A stretch of 64,000 bases of DNA from the NCBI GenBank assembly GCA_963794325.1, contig CAWCDG010000004.1:512001-576000 (forward strand), given 5' to 3'. Origin of the DNA: an uncultured delta proteobacterium. Its GTDB lineage: Bacteria; Desulfobacterota; Binatia; Binatales; Binataceae. Below, in pieces: positions 24,196 through 35,715 of this stretch. Within the stretch, counting starts at the first letter, position 1, and every line of letters begins with the position of its first letter. Position numbers and translations under genes: made by a program. A model generated the notes under the pieces. It had not been told where the DNA came from. It searched no databases and worked only from the letters and a program-made list of their open reading frames with translations.

Positions 24196-25472
24196 TGGCG
24201 GAGCCGGGCGTCACATCGCTAAATCCGATTCGCGACGTCTGCGATTACGACCTGCTGTTCGATTGCGTTCATTGCGGACTTTGCGCTGAGGCTTGTCCGA
24301 CCTACATTGTATCTCGATGCGAGATGGACTCGCCGCGCGGCCGAATCTATCTGATGAAGTCGATTGCCGAAGGCCGCATCGAGCTCGACGACGACGCCGC
24401 GCGCCATCTCGATTTGTGCCTCGGATGTCGCGGATGCGAGACCGCCTGTCCGTCCGGCGTTCACTACGGCCGCCTGATTGAAGGCGCGCGTTCGTTCGTC
24501 GAGCGCAACCACCGCCGAGGCTTCATCGATCGATTCAAGCGGCGAGCCGTAAGCGAGATTTTCCCATACCCGAATCGCCTCCAGATACTGCTGGCTCCGC
24601 TGAGAATCGTTGACCGTCTGGGCTTGAGGCCCGCTCTGAGAGCCATCGTGCCGCGCACGGTCCGCGATTGGCTCGATCTCCTACCGCCGCTGGAAGCGAA
24701 CCCGCGCCCGCTCGCGAGGGCAGCAACCGTCGCGCCGCAGGCAGACGCACCCGCGGTCGTCGTGCATCACGGATGCGTCGCGCAAGTACTCGCGAATTCG
24801 GAAAACCTGAACAGCGAGCGCCTGCTCGCCGCTGCTGGTTATCGTGTCGTCCGACTCGAAGCGACCACATGCTGCGGAGCGCTCGATCTGCATTCGGGAA
24901 ACGCGATCCGTGCTCGCGATTTCGCCCGCGCCAACGTTCGCGCGCTGAAGAACTCCGGCGCCGACGCAATCGTTTCAGCCGCGTCGGGATGCTCAGTGGC
25001 AATCGCCGAATACGGCGACCTGCTCAGAGACGAACCGGAGTTCGCCGAGGACGCGCGCGCAGTTTCCTCGAGAGTTCGCGACCTGAGTTCCTTGCTGCTC
25101 GACGCGACCGCAAATCCGTGGCGTGAAAATCGGTGCCGCGTCACTTATCACGACGCATGTCATCTCGCGCATGGGCTCGGCGTGCGCGACGCACCGCGCA
25201 AACTGCTCGCTTCAATTCCCGGCGTGACGATCGTCGAGATGAGCGAGTCCGATCTCTGCTGCGGCTCGGCTGGGTCCTACAATTTGACCGAGCCCGCGAT
25301 GGCGCGTGAGTTGGCTCGGCGCAAAGCCGACAACATCGTCGCGACCGGCGCGGATTATGTCGTGCTGGCAAATCCGGGATGCGAGTTTCAAATTGCCGCC
25401 GAACTTCGCCGTCGCGGTTCGAAAATCAAGGTCGTCCATCTCGCCGATTTCCTGGCGATGGCGTCACAGTGA
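24195..25472 (+). CDS. glcF: glycolate oxidase iron-sulfur subunit
   Basis: CVHCGLCAEACP, CLGCRGCETACP and two CCG domains. Confidence 0.9.
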   Translation: MAEPGVTSLNPIRDVCDYDLLFDCVHCGLCAEACPTYIVSRCEMDSPRGRIYLMKSIAEGRIELDDDAARHLDLCLGCRGCETACPSGVHYGRLIEGARSFVERNHRRGFIDRFKRRAVSEIFPYPNRLQILLAPLRIVDRLGLRPALRAIVPRTVRDWLDLLPPLEANPRPLARAATVAPQADAPAVVVHHGCVAQVLANSENLNSERLLAAAGYRVVRLEATTCCGALDLHSGNAIRARDFARANVRALKNSGADAIVSAASGCSVAIAEYGDLLRDEPEFAEDARAVSSRVRDLSSLLLDATANPWRENRCRVTYHDACHLAHGLGVRDAPRKLLASIPGVTIVEMSESDLCCGSAGSYNLTEPAMARELARRKADNIVATGADYVVLANPGCEFQIAAELRRRGSKIKVVHLADFLAMASQ

Positions 25473-26068
25473 CTCTTCACGAAGTCAAACTCTATTTCGC
25501 GTACACGAGTCCCTATTCGTATCTCGCGATGCAGCCTGCGTACGACCTCGAAGAATCTCACAACGTGCGCGTGCGTTTCATGCCGTACGGAGTGAACATT
25601 CGAAAGGTGTACGGCCCGCTGGATCGCGAGGACGCCGACCGCCGTAAGGTTCGCTATCTGTATATCGACGCGCGCCGAATCGCGAAGGAGCGCGGCCTAG
25701 TCATCTACCCGCCAAAAAAGATTTTCAGCGCGCGGCTTGCGTTCTACGGCGGCCTCTACGCCACCAAGCATCGACATTTTCGCGCGTACTCGGATCGCGT
25801 GTTCGACCGCTTCTGGAAACAGGAACTCGATGTTGAGAGTCGCGACGCAATTTCGGCGATCGTCGCTGAAGTCGGGCTCGATCCCGCCGAATTTCTTCGC
25901 TACGCAGACGCTGACGCGCGCGCCGACCTGGATGCATGTTTCGCCGAGGCCGATAGCGACAAGATCTTCGGCGTGCCGACCTTCATCGTGGAGGGCGAGC
26001 CGTTCTGGGGCGAGGACCGAATTGAGTGGGTGATTCGCAAGCTCGACGCGATGGGTCTGCGCCGATGA
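25469..26068 (+). CDS. DsbA/2-hydroxychromene-2-carboxylate isomerase (kappa GST) family
   Basis: SPYSY, FGVPTF and FWGEDR motifs; GTGA overlap with glcF. Confidence 0.85.
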   Translation: MTLHEVKLYFAYTSPYSYLAMQPAYDLEESHNVRVRFMPYGVNIRKVYGPLDREDADRRKVRYLYIDARRIAKERGLVIYPPKKIFSARLAFYGGLYATKHRHFRAYSDRVFDRFWKQELDVESRDAISAIVAEVGLDPAEFLRYADADARADLDACFAEADSDKIFGVPTFIVEGEPFWGEDRIEWVIRKLDAMGLRR

Positions 26069-26071
26069 AGT

Positions 26072-26680
26072 TCAGCCAAGCGTGATCGGTATATGCCGAG
26101 GCTGCGACCTGACGCGTTCGAGCCACGCGCGAATCGCCGGATAATCAGCCAGATCGAAACCGCCTTCATCGGCGACGTGCGTGTAGGCATATAGCGCGAT
26201 GTCGGCGACGGAGTAGCGCTCGCCGACGAACCACTCGCGCGATTTCAGATGCCCTTCCATGACGCCGAGTGCGTCATATCCGCGCGGACGCATCATCGTA
26301 TCGAGAATGGTGCGGCGAGCATCCGACACATCGGGATGAATCACCAGGTATCGAACGCTCGCGATGTACGGTTCGTGGCTGTACTGTTCGAAAAAGAGCC
26401 ACTGTAGAACCTGCGCGCGCTGGAAACGATCGGCCGGCATGAATGGTGTACCTTCTGCAAAGTACAAGATGATCGCGTTCGACTCGAACAGGAGTCTGCC
26501 GTCATCCAATTCGACGGCTGGAATTCTGCCGTTCGGGAATTTGCGGAGAAACTCCGGCGTGCGTGTCTCGCCCTTGATGATGTCGAGTTCGACCCGCTCG
26601 AATGGAACTCCAAGCTGCGTCAGCAGCAGGCGAACCTTGTAGCCGTTGCCCGACGGCAGATAGTCGTACAGGCGAATCAT
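26072..26680 (-). CDS. glutathione S-transferase family protein
   Basis: SGNGYKVRL, ESNAI, WLFFEQYSHEPYI and ADIALYAYTH motifs. Confidence 0.9.
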   Translation of the reverse strand: MIRLYDYLPSGNGYKVRLLLTQLGVPFERVELDIIKGETRTPEFLRKFPNGRIPAVELDDGRLLFESNAIILYFAEGTPFMPADRFQRAQVLQWLFFEQYSHEPYIASVRYLVIHPDVSDARRTILDTMMRPRGYDALGVMEGHLKSREWFVGERYSVADIALYAYTHVADEGGFDLADYPAIRAWLERVRSQPRHIPITLG

Positions 26681-26692
26681 CGTCGCGGCAAA

Positions 26693-28138
26693 TCAGAGTT
26701 CGGGACTCGAGGGCAGGAACGTCTCGCCCATCAGGTACGCGTCGACTGCGCGGGCGGCCTCGCGCCCCTCCCATATCGCCCACACTACCAGCGATTGTCC
26801 GCGACGCGTATCGCCGGCGGCGAAAACTCCCGGCACGCTCGACATGTAGTTCTCGCACTGCACATTGCTACGCGGATCGAGCTTGAGGCCGAGCTCGGAG
26901 ATTATGCCGTCGGGCTCGGGGCCGAGAAATCCTAGCGCGAGCAGCACGAGGTCGCACTCGATCTCGAAATCGGTGCTCGGAATTTGCTCCATCACCATGC
27001 GTCCGTTGTCATGCTTCCAGTTGAGCCGCACGCCATGGAGTTTCTTCACGACGCCATTTTCGCCCGAGAACTTGCTGGTGTTGATGCTCCAGTCGCGCTG
27101 CACGCCTTCTTCATGCGAGCTCGAAGTGCGCATGATCATCGGCCAGTCGGGCCACGGCATTTCGGCGGTGCGCTTCTCCGGCGGCATCGGAAGCAACTCG
27201 AACTGATGCACGACGATCGCACCCTGGCGATTCGAGGTGCCCAGGCAATCTGAACCCGTGTCGCCGCCGCCCAGAATGACCACGCGTTTTCCGTTCGCCG
27301 TGATCTCGGACGCCGGATCGAGCGCGTCACCGAAGTTGCGCTTGTTCTGTTGCGGCAGGAAGTCCATCGCGAAATGGATTCCCTTGAGCTCGCGTCCCGG
27401 GATCGGAAGATCGCGCGGCTTGGTCGCGCCCATCGTGAGCACGATCGCGTCGTATTTCGATCGCATCTCGTCGGCGTGGATGTCGATGCCGACGCGGCAG
27501 TTGGTGACAATGTCCAGGCCTTCGGCCCTCATCTGCTCGACGCGGCGGTTGACGATCCACTTTTCCAGCTTGAAATCAGGAATGCCGTACGTGAGCAGGC
27601 CGCCAACGCGATCCGAGCGCTCGTAGAGTGTCACCGAATGTCCGGCGCGCGTGAGTTGCTGAGCGCACGCGAGTCCCGACGGTCCCGAACCCACGACTGC
27701 AACAGACTTTCCTGATTTGCGCGCCGGCGGCAGCGGCACAATCCATTTTTCCGCCCACGCGTGATCGATAATGTTCTTTTCGATCAATTTAATCGTAACG
27801 GGATCGTTGTTGATGTTGAGTACGCAGGCTTCTTCGCACGGCGCGGGGCAAATCCTGCCGGTGAACTCGGGAAAGTTGTTTGTGGCGTGCAGCCGGTCAA
27901 TCGCCTCGCGCCACCTGCCGCGATAAATGAGATCGTTCCAATCCGGAATGATGTTCCCGAGCGGGCAACCCTTGTGGCAGAAGGGGATTCCGCAATCCAT
28001 GCAGCGGGCGCCCTGCGCGCGTAGCTTCTCTTCGGGCATCTTGAGATCGAACTCGCGCCAATCCTTCAGGCGTTCGCCGATCGGACGCCGCGAGGGAGTC
28101 TCGCGTTTGATCTCCATGAAGCCGGTGATCTTGCCCAT
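26693..28138 (-). CDS. gltD: glutamate synthase small subunit
   Basis: [35 protein letters not shown] and [11 protein letters not shown] motifs. Confidence 0.96.
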   Translation of the reverse strand: MGKITGFMEIKRETPSRRPIGERLKDWREFDLKMPEEKLRAQGARCMDCGIPFCHKGCPLGNIIPDWNDLIYRGRWREAIDRLHATNNFPEFTGRICPAPCEEACVLNINNDPVTIKLIEKNIIDHAWAEKWIVPLPPARKSGKSVAVVGSGPSGLACAQQLTRAGHSVTLYERSDRVGGLLTYGIPDFKLEKWIVNRRVEQMRAEGLDIVTNCRVGIDIHADEMRSKYDAIVLTMGATKPRDLPIPGRELKGIHFAMDFLPQQNKRNFGDALDPASEITANGKRVVILGGGDTGSDCLGTSNRQGAIVVHQFELLPMPPEKRTAEMPWPDWPMIMRTSSSHEEGVQRDWSINTSKFSGENGVVKKLHGVRLNWKHDNGRMVMEQIPSTDFEIECDLVLLALGFLGPEPDGIISELGLKLDPRSNVQCENYMSSVPGVFAAGDTRRGQSLVVWAIWEGREAARAVDAYLMGETFLPSSPEL

Positions 28139-28143
28139 CGAAG

Positions 28144-31100
28144 CTAGACCGCCGCCAGCCGCGCGAGATCGGAATTCATGTTGAGATGCTGCCGTTCGAG
28201 CACCGCTCGATACTCAGTCGGCAATACCTTTACAAACTTCTTCGCATAGTCGTCCCACTTGTCGAGTATCTTTCGTGCGATCGTGCTCTCCGTGTACTGC
28301 TGATGCCGCACGATCAACGAATGCAGTTGCGTCAGCTCGTCGTGATTGCTCACTGCTCCAAGCTCAACCATTCCCGGATTGCATCGCGATGCGAACGAGC
28401 CGTCTTCGTCGAGCACGTACGCGACACCGCCGCTCATGCCAGCCGCGAAGTTGCGGCCGGTCCTGCCGAGCACGACGATCAGCCCGCGCGTCATGTACTC
28501 GCATCCATGATCGCCGACACCCTCGACGACGGCGTGCGCGCCGCTGTTGCGCACGGCGAATCGCTCGCCGGCCACGCCGCGGAAGAATGCTTCGCCGCCG
28601 GTTGCACCGTAGAGCGCGACGTTACCGATGATGATGTTCTCTTCGGCTTTGAAGGTCGCTTCTCTTGGCGGACGCACCGACATAAATCCGCCCGAGAGTC
28701 CCTTGCCGCAGTAGTCGTTCGCGTCGCCTTCAAGATAGAGCGCGACTCCCGGCGCGAGCCACGACCCGAAACTCTGGCCCGCTGAACCCTTGAGATGAAT
28801 TTGAACCGTGTAGGGCGGCAATCCCTCCGCGCCGAATCGCCGCGATACTTCCGCCGACAGCATCGTGCTGACGGTGCGGTTCACGTTGCGAATCGGCAGG
28901 TGAATTTCGACCGGCTCGCGCTGCTCGAGCGCATCTTTCGCCAGCTCGATGATCTGATTGTCGAGCGCCTTGTCGAGGCCATGGTCCTGCAACTCGACGC
29001 AGTGCAGCGGCTCGTCAGGGCCGACATCGGGACGGCGAAGAATGTTGGCGAGATCGACGTTGCGCGCTTTCCAATGCGCGATCGCTTCGTTGGCATCGAG
29101 ACATTCGACGTGGCCAACCATTTCGGCGAGCGTGCGGAAGCCCAACTGCGCCATGTATTCGCGCAATTCGTCCGCGATGAACATCATGAAGTTCACAACG
29201 TGTTCGGGCTTGCCTGCAAACTTCGCGCGCAGTACCGGATCCTGCGTCGCGATGCCGACCGGGCAGGTGTTGAGATGGCAGACGCGCATCATGATGCATC
29301 CCGAAGCGACCAGTGCAGCGCTCGCGAAACCGAATTCCTCGGCGCCGAGCAGCGCGGCAATTGCGACGTCGCGGCCGGTCTTGAGCTGGCCGTCGGTCTC
29401 GACGTGGATGCGTCCGCGCAGACCGTTCATCACGAGAGTCTGCTGCGTCTCGGCGAGTCCGAGCTCCCACGGAATTCCCGCGTGCTTGATCGATTGCAGC
29501 GGCGACGCTCCCGTGCCGCCGTCGTAACCGCTAATCAGCACGACGTCCGCCTTGGCCTTTGCGACTCCCGCCGCGATAGTCCCGACGCCGACCTCGGCGA
29601 CCAGCTTGACGCTGATGCGCGCGCGATTGTTGGAATTTTTTAGATCGTGGATCAGCTGCGCCAGATCTTCGATCGAATAAATGTCGTGATGCGGCGGCGG
29701 TGAGATCAACCCAACGCCGGGCGTCGAGTAGCGAATCTTCGCGATGAAATCATCAACCTTATGACCCGGTAGCTGGCCACCCTCACCCGGCTTGGCGCCC
29801 TGCGCCATCTTGATTTGCAGTTCGTCGGCGTTGACCAGGTAATGACTGGTGACGCCGAAGCGCGCCGATGCGACCTGCTTGATCGCGCTGCGGCGGAAGT
29901 CACCGTTCGCGTCGCGCACGAAGCGCGCAGGATCCTCGCCGCCCTCTCCGGTGTTGCTCTTGCCACCGATCCGGTTCATCGCAATCGCGAGATTTTCGTG
30001 GGCTTCCTTGCCGATCGAGCCGAACGACATCGCCCCGGTTTTGAAGCGTTTGACGATCTCGGTGGCTGGCTCGACTTCCTCGAGCGGCACCGACGGCCGA
30101 TTCGAATTGAACTTGAGCAGCGATCGCAAGGTGGCGAGCGATCGACTCTGCTCGTCAACCGCCTTGGTGTATTCCTTGAACAGCCGGAAATTTCCCGATC
30201 GCACCGAATGCTGCAGGCGCGCGATGGTGTTCGGATTGTACATGTGGAATTCGCCGGCGCGGCGCCACTGGTATTGGCCACCGACATCGAGCGCGCCATC
30301 GAGATTCGCCGCCACCTTGAACGCATAGCTGTGACGCTCCGCAGTCTCGCGCGCGATCGCGTCGAGACCGACGCCGGCGATGCGCGACGGCGTCCAGGTG
30401 AAGTACTTCTCGATCACGTCCTGTGACAGTCCGATCGCTTCGAAAATCTGCGCGCCGCGATAACTCTGCGTGGTCGAGATGCCCATCTTCGACGCGACTT
30501 TCGTGATGCTCTTGCCGACCGCTTTGACAAAGTTGTGGACCGCGGTGTCTTCGTCGATGTCCTTGAGCTGACCGTCGCGAATCATTCCCGCCATCGTCGC
30601 GTATGCGAGGTACGGGTTGACGGCGCCCGCGCCATAGCCGACCAGCAGGCAGAAATGCATCGCCTCGCGCGGCTCGCCTGACTCGACGACGATGCCGGCC
30701 CGGGTACGCGTCCCTTCGCGAATCAGATGATGATGTACGGCGCCGGTCGCGAGCAGCGCAGGAATCGCGGCGTAGTCGGCATTCACCCCGCGATCTGAAA
30801 GCACGATTATCGTGTACCCGGATTCGATCGCGTCGGAAGCGCCTTTACAAAGCGCGTCGAGCGCCGTTCGAAGACCGGCTTCGCCATCCGCGACGCGGTA
30901 CAGCGTCGAAAGCGTGATCGTGCGCAGACCCTCGACGTCGAGCCGTTTGATCCTTTCGAGTTCTTCGTTGGTGAGAATCGGCTGCTTAAGTTGAAGCTGC
31001 CGGCAATGTCGCGGCGATTCCTCGAACAGATTGTCCTCGGCGCCAATCGTCGTCTCGGTCGAGGTCACCAGCTCCTCGCGAATCGGATCGATCGGCGGAT

Positions 31101-32703
31101 TCGTCACCTGCGCGAATAACTGTTTGAAATAGTTGTAGAGCGGCTGCGATTTGTTCGACAGCACGGCGAGCGGAGTGTCGGTGCCCATCGAGCCGACCGG
31201 CTCCTGCGCGTTGGTCGCCATCGGCGCGAGGATCATTTTGAGATCCTCGATCGTGTAGCCGAACGACTGCTGCTGCTTAAGCAGCTCGCCGTCCTCGAAG
31301 CAGTCCACGGCCGGCGCGCCAGCCGCCTCGGGAAGCGAGTCGAGCCTGATGAGGCTATTGTCGATCCATTTGCGATACGGCTGCCGCGCCGCCATCGACT
31401 CCTTAATCTCTTCGTCCTGCACGATTCGGCCGAGCGACGTATCGATAAGAAACATGCGGCCCGGCTGGAGCCGTCCCTTGTGCGCGACGTTCTCGGGCGC
31501 GATGTCGAGAACGCCGGTCTCCGACGCCATCACGACCAGCCCGTCCTTCGTCACCGTGTAGCGCGATGGTCGCAGACCGTTGCGATCGAGCACCGCGCCA
31601 ATCCGAATTCCGTCGGTGAAAGCAATCGACGCCGGACCATCCCACGGCTCCATCATGCACGAATGAAAATGATAGAAGGCGCGCTTGCTGTCGCTCATCT
31701 GCGGGTCGTTCTGCCACGCTTCCGGAATCATCATCATCACCGCGTGCGGCAATGAGCGCCCAGTGCGGACCAGCAGCTCGAGACAGTTGTCGAAGGTGGC
31801 GGAGTCGCTGCCGTTGGGCTCGACGATCGGCAGCAGCTTCTTGATGTCGTCGCCGAACAGCGGCGAGGAAAACAGTTTCTCGCGCGCGACCATCCAGTTG
31901 ATATTGCCGCGCAGCGTGTTGATTTCGCCGTTGTGCGACATGAAGCGGTACGGATGCGCGCGGTCCCAGCTCGGGAACGTGTTGGTCGAGAACCGCTGAT
32001 GCACCATCGCGAGCGCAGTCTTGACCGCCTGGTTGCGCAAGTCGGGGAAGAACAGCGGAATCTGCGTCGAAATCAACTGACCCTTGTAAACGACGGTCAG
32101 CGCCGACAGGCTGCAGAAATAAAATAGCTCGGGATCGAACAGGCCGAGGGTTTCCGCCGCGGAAGTGGCGCGCTTGCGAATCACGTACAGCTTGCGCTCG
32201 AGCGCCTCGATGCCTTTGATGTCCGGACTTGCCGCGATGAACACCTGGCGGATCGCGGGCATCCCGCGCCGCGCGATATCGCCGCACTCGGATTCGACCA
32301 CCGGCACGTCGCGCCATCCGAGGATTCGCTGACCTTCCTCATTGACGATTTTCTCGAACGCGTCCTCGCACTCTTTGCGCTTGACCGCGTCGAGCGGCAG
32401 GAAAACCTGGCCGACGCCGTATTCGCCGGGCGCGGGCAGTTTGAATCCGATCCGCTCGGCCTCGCTCGCGAAAAAATCATGCGGAATCTGCATCAGGATT
32501 CCGGCGCCGTCGCCGGTGCGCGGGTCGCATCCGCACGCTCCCCGATGCGTCAGGTTGTCGAGCACCTGCAGCGCCTTGACGACGATGTCATGCGAGCGAT
32601 CGCCCTTGATATTGACGACGAAGCCGACGCCGCACGCGTCATGCTCGTGCGCGGGATCGTAGAGGCCCTGCTTTTTCGGAATGCTTCGATAGTTATGCAT
32701 CAT
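28144..32703 (-). CDS. gltB: glutamate synthase large subunit
   Basis: [43 protein letters not shown]. Start at ATG 32703 overlaps the lrp stop. Confidence 0.96.
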   Translation of the reverse strand: MMHNYRSIPKKQGLYDPAHEHDACGVGFVVNIKGDRSHDIVVKALQVLDNLTHRGACGCDPRTGDGAGILMQIPHDFFASEAERIGFKLPAPGEYGVGQVFLPLDAVKRKECEDAFEKIVNEEGQRILGWRDVPVVESECGDIARRGMPAIRQVFIAASPDIKGIEALERKLYVIRKRATSAAETLGLFDPELFYFCSLSALTVVYKGQLISTQIPLFFPDLRNQAVKTALAMVHQRFSTNTFPSWDRAHPYRFMSHNGEINTLRGNINWMVAREKLFSSPLFGDDIKKLLPIVEPNGSDSATFDNCLELLVRTGRSLPHAVMMMIPEAWQNDPQMSDSKRAFYHFHSCMMEPWDGPASIAFTDGIRIGAVLDRNGLRPSRYTVTKDGLVVMASETGVLDIAPENVAHKGRLQPGRMFLIDTSLGRIVQDEEIKESMAARQPYRKWIDNSLIRLDSLPEAAGAPAVDCFEDGELLKQQQSFGYTIEDLKMILAPMATNAQEPVGSMGTDTPLAVLSNKSQPLYNYFKQLFAQVTNPPIDPIREELVTSTETTIGAEDNLFEESPRHCRQLQLKQPILTNEELERIKRLDVEGLRTITLSTLYRVADGEAGLRTALDALCKGASDAIESGYTIIVLSDRGVNADYAAIPALLATGAVHHHLIREGTRTRAGIVVESGEPREAMHFCLLVGYGAGAVNPYLAYATMAGMIRDGQLKDIDEDTAVHNFVKAVGKSITKVASKMGISTTQSYRGAQIFEAIGLSQDVIEKYFTWTPSRIAGVGLDAIARETAERHSYAFKVAANLDGALDVGGQYQWRRAGEFHMYNPNTIARLQHSVRSGNFRLFKEYTKAVDEQSRSLATLRSLLKFNSNRPSVPLEEVEPATEIVKRFKTGAMSFGSIGKEAHENLAIAMNRIGGKSNTGEGGEDPARFVRDANGDFRRSAIKQVASARFGVTSHYLVNADELQIKMAQGAKPGEGGQLPGHKVDDFIAKIRYSTPGVGLISPPPHHDIYSIEDLAQLIHDLKNSNNRARISVKLVAEVGVGTIAAGVAKAKADVVLISGYDGGTGASPLQSIKHAGIPWELGLAETQQTLVMNGLRGRIHVETDGQLKTGRDVAIAALLGAEEFGFASAALVASGCIMMRVCHLNTCPVGIATQDPVLRAKFAGKPEHVVNFMMFIADELREYMAQLGFRTLAEMVGHVECLDANEAIAHWKARNVDLANILRRPDVGPDEPLHCVELQDHGLDKALDNQIIELAKDALEQREPVEIHLPIRNVNRTVSTMLSAEVSRRFGAEGLPPYTVQIHLKGSAGQSFGSWLAPGVALYLEGDANDYCGKGLSGGFMSVRPPREATFKAEENIIIGNVALYGATGGEAFFRGVAGERFAVRNSGAHAVVEGVGDHGCEYMTRGLIVVLGRTGRNFAAGMSGGVAYVLDEDGSFASRCNPGMVELGAVSNHDELTQLHSLIVRHQQYTESTIARKILDKWDDYAKKFVKVLPTEYRAVLERQHLNMNSDLARLAAV

Positions 32704-33263
32704 GACACCCGCCTTGGATCCGGCGGCGCGGATTTCGCAGCTGCGTGGCGATGCCGTCTGCCGTTGGCGGGCTCGTGCGAGTCGCCATTGGTATGCACTG
32801 AGATCAGACCGCGCTCGGTATGCGTCGACAGCACCACCATCGTCTCCGTCCGCGCCACTCCCTCGATCGAGCGGATCGCGCTGATGAGCCGCTCGAGCGA
32901 CGAAGTGTTCTCGGTTTTGACTTTCATCATGAGGGTGTGCTCGCCGGTGACGTGATGGCATTCGAGGACGTCGTCGAGCAGCGCGACGGATTCCTCGAAC
33001 AGCGAAATTGTTTTCGGATGCGCGATCGACACGCCGATGAAAGCGGTCACGTCCTTGCCAAGACGCGTCGCATCGACCGTGGCGTGATAGCCGATGATGA
33101 CGCCGCCGTCCTCGAGTTTTTTGACGCGCTCGTTGACCGAAGGCGCCGACAGCCCGACGTGCTCGCCGAGCTTGACGAGCGGAATCCTGCCGTGTTCCTG
33201 CAGCAGAGCGATAATCTGCAGGTCGATAGCATCGAGTTCGGGGGAATCACCGCCGAATTTCAT
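32700..33263 (-). CDS. Lrp/AsnC-family transcriptional regulator
   Basis: [28 protein letters not shown] and ECHHVTGE motifs. Confidence 0.92.
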   Translation of the reverse strand: MKFGGDSPELDAIDLQIIALLQEHGRIPLVKLGEHVGLSAPSVNERVKKLEDGGVIIGYHATVDATRLGKDVTAFIGVSIAHPKTISLFEESVALLDDVLECHHVTGEHTLMMKVKTENTSSLERLISAIRSIEGVARTETMVVLSTHTERGLISVHTNGDSHEPANGRRHRHAAAKSAPPDPRRVS

Positions 33264-33289
33264 AAGGTTATCCTCGTCGTGAGTCGATG

Positions 33290-33318
33290 AAGATAAAAGA
33301 AAACCAAAACTGTGTCAA
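33290..33318 (-). promoter_or_regulatory. sigma70 promoter of lrp-gltBD
   Basis: TTGACA-17 bp-TATCTT on the minus strand in an AT-rich intergenic region. Confidence 0.7.
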
Positions 33319-33588
33319 GTGTTTATAAGGAGGAAGCTAAATAAAACGACTGTTTATTAAGTACAGCCGGTGCTCTCCGATGAAACATAGGGCAATCGTG
33401 CCAAACGCCTACGCTCATGATGAACCTTTAGGCATGCGACGACAGCTTGCGGAGGCCCGCCGGCATTTGCGGTTAGGATGCTAATCGAAGCGCAGCGGTC
33501 GTGCCGCCAGTCGACTCGGGGACCCTCGGACAATTAGATTATCCTCACCTGATACCGGCCGGGCTTAGTTCAGCCAAAAAGAGAAATC

Positions 33589-34695
33589 ATGGCGCGGTTC
33601 ATTCCAGGCCTCGAACTCAATCGTATGTATTATCGCGAGGCGGTCGCGCCGATTCTCGCGGCAAACTTTGCGCAGCTGAAATATTCGGCTGCGCTGATCA
33701 GCTACGGCTCGGACGTTCTCGGCTACGACTCGGAGCGATCGACCGATCATGAATGGGGTCCGCGCCTCCTGCTCTTCCTTGACGAGCGGGACCATGATGC
33801 GCTCGCCCCTCAGATCGCTGAAACGCTGGCGAGAGATCTGCCGCCCACGTTCCACGGCTACTCGACGAATTTCTCGAAGCCTGACGCGAACGGAGTTCGT
33901 TGCATGGTTCCCGGCGAAGCGGGCCGCATCGATCACCATGTGTACACGCACACGGTTCCCCGCTTCGCTCGCCTGATGCTCAACATCGAACCTGGGCAAA
34001 CGCTCGACGCTGTTGACTGGCTCTTGATGTCGCAACAGAAGCTGCTCGAAATCACCAGTGGCGAGGTCTTCCACGACGGGCTCGGCGAACTCGCGCCTCT
34101 CCGCAAAACGCTGGCCTGGTATCCGCGCGATGTCTGGTTATTCATGATGGCGGCGGGATGGTACCGAATTGCGCAGGAAGAGCATTTCGTCGGCCGCTGC
34201 GGCGAAGAGGGCGATGACCTCGGCTCGAGGCTCGTCTGCGGGCGGCTGGTTCGCGACCTGATACGGTTGTGCCTGCTGATGGAGCGCCGGTATGCGCCGT
34301 ACAGCAAGTGGCTGGGCACGGCGTTTTCGCGTCTCGCGTGCGCCAGCGGACTTAGCCCGAGCCTCCGCGCTGCAATATCGGCGAACTCATGGCAGGAGCG
34401 CGAGGAGCATCTGTGCGCCGCGTACGCGGCCGTTGCGCGGATGCATAACTCGCTGGGCGTCACCGCGGCGCTCGATACCTCGACAATGCAATTCCACGGG
34501 CGTCCCTACCGCGTGCTCGGAGCCGGACGATTTGCGAAAGCGGCCAGCGACGCGATCGCCTCCGAAGAATTAAAAGCTATCTACGTAGCGGCGAACGGAA
34601 TTGGCGCGGTCGATCAGTTCGTCGACAGCACCAACCTGCTTGGCCGCGCAGACCTGTGCGCGCGCCTGCGCGTCCTGTTCAAGCCGGCAGCTTGA
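33589..34695 (+). CDS. DUF4037-domain protein (nucleotidyltransferase-like)
   Basis: GSDVLGYD..STDHEWGPR, GEVFHD, YPRDVW and YAPYSKWLG motifs. Confidence 0.8.
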   Translation: MARFIPGLELNRMYYREAVAPILAANFAQLKYSAALISYGSDVLGYDSERSTDHEWGPRLLLFLDERDHDALAPQIAETLARDLPPTFHGYSTNFSKPDANGVRCMVPGEAGRIDHHVYTHTVPRFARLMLNIEPGQTLDAVDWLLMSQQKLLEITSGEVFHDGLGELAPLRKTLAWYPRDVWLFMMAAGWYRIAQEEHFVGRCGEEGDDLGSRLVCGRLVRDLIRLCLLMERRYAPYSKWLGTAFSRLACASGLSPSLRAAISANSWQEREEHLCAAYAAVARMHNSLGVTAALDTSTMQFHGRPYRVLGAGRFAKAASDAIASEELKAIYVAANGIGAVDQFVDSTNLLGRADLCARLRVLFKPAA

Positions 34696-34788
34696 GGACG
34701 CTATAACCTCTCGTCGGACGACGAGAGGAGGTCTTCCCGCCCAACAACTTCCTAACAGGGCGCGAGCCCGCATCCTTTCTTTCTTAAT

Positions 34789-34852
34789 ACTGGGTGCAGG
34801 GGTCACCCCTGCCGAAGGAAGTTTGAAACCCACCGTGGGTTTCAAATTAAAT
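34789..34852. repeat. REP-like palindrome family B, long copy
   Basis: Matches 2826-2889; lies between convergent genes. Confidence 0.85.
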
Positions 34853-34885
34853 CAAGTGATTTGTCCTTCCCGTTTCTAGCGCACG

Positions 34886-35692
34886 TCACTCGCCTTTGAA
34901 GTTTGCGGCGCGCTTCTCTACGAATGACTTCGCGCCTTCGAGATGGTCCTTTGATGTGAGCATCAGGTGTTGGCCGTGGCGCTGGTAGTCGAAGAAGTAC
35001 GGCAGATTGAGATTGAGACCGACGCGCAGAGCCTCCTTCGCGAGGCGTTGTGCGAGCGGGGCCTGCGCCGCGATTTTTTTGGCGAACGCTGTGGTCGCTT
35101 CGCCGAGCTGCGCGTGCGGGACGACTTTGTTGACCATCCCGATGCGCTCGGCTTCGGCGGCGTCGATGATGTCGCCGCTCAGGATCAGTTCGTACGCGCG
35201 TGCGAGTCCGATCAGTCGCGGCAGTATGAGTAGTCCGCCTGCCTCGGGAATCAGTCCGCGACGAATGAACACTTCGCCGAAGCGCGCCTGGTCGGAACAG
35301 ACCCGCATATCGCACATCAACGCGATGTCGCATCCGTAGCCGACGGCGGCGCCGTTGACCGACGCGATGGTCGGCTTCGGATAGGTGACGAGCAAATCGA
35401 GCGCGACGGGGCGATGCTCGCGCCATTCCTCAACCAACTTGCGCTGCGCAGGCTTGGCGTCGCGAAATTCGGGATTGAGAAAAATTTCCTTGACGTCGTC
35501 ACCCGCGCAGAACGCGCGGCCCGCGCCGGTCAGCACGACGACGCGCACGCTGTCGTCCGCTTCGGCGTCGTGCAACGCGTCGATCATCTCATCGTAGGTT
35601 TTGATCGTCGCGGCGTTCATCGCATGCGGCCGATTGATCGTGATCGTCGCGATTGCGTCGCGCTTGTCGTAGAGAATGTCGCTGTATGCCAT
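34886..35692 (-). CDS. enoyl-CoA hydratase/isomerase family protein
   Basis: ITINRP, GRAFCAGDD, KPTIASVNGAAVG and F.EKR motifs. Confidence 0.9.
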   Translation of the reverse strand: MAYSDILYDKRDAIATITINRPHAMNAATIKTYDEMIDALHDAEADDSVRVVVLTGAGRAFCAGDDVKEIFLNPEFRDAKPAQRKLVEEWREHRPVALDLLVTYPKPTIASVNGAAVGYGCDIALMCDMRVCSDQARFGEVFIRRGLIPEAGGLLILPRLIGLARAYELILSGDIIDAAEAERIGMVNKVVPHAQLGEATTAFAKKIAAQAPLAQRLAKEALRVGLNLNLPYFFDYQRHGQHLMLTSKDHLEGAKSFVEKRAANFKGE

Positions 35693-35715
35693 CGCTCTAG
35701 CTCCTCGCGTGTGTT

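Noticed and set aside
32704-32961. N-terminal extensions in the ORF track (gltB, selA, GST, enoyl-CoA hydratase, LLMs)
   Set aside because: They overlap upstream genes or repeats; downstream starts with RBS or ATGA coupling fit better.
33391-33403. TGGCACGATTGC (minus strand) as a sigma54 promoter for lrp-gltBD
   Set aside because: The GG-to-GC spacing is not 10 nt, and a good sigma70 promoter is present.
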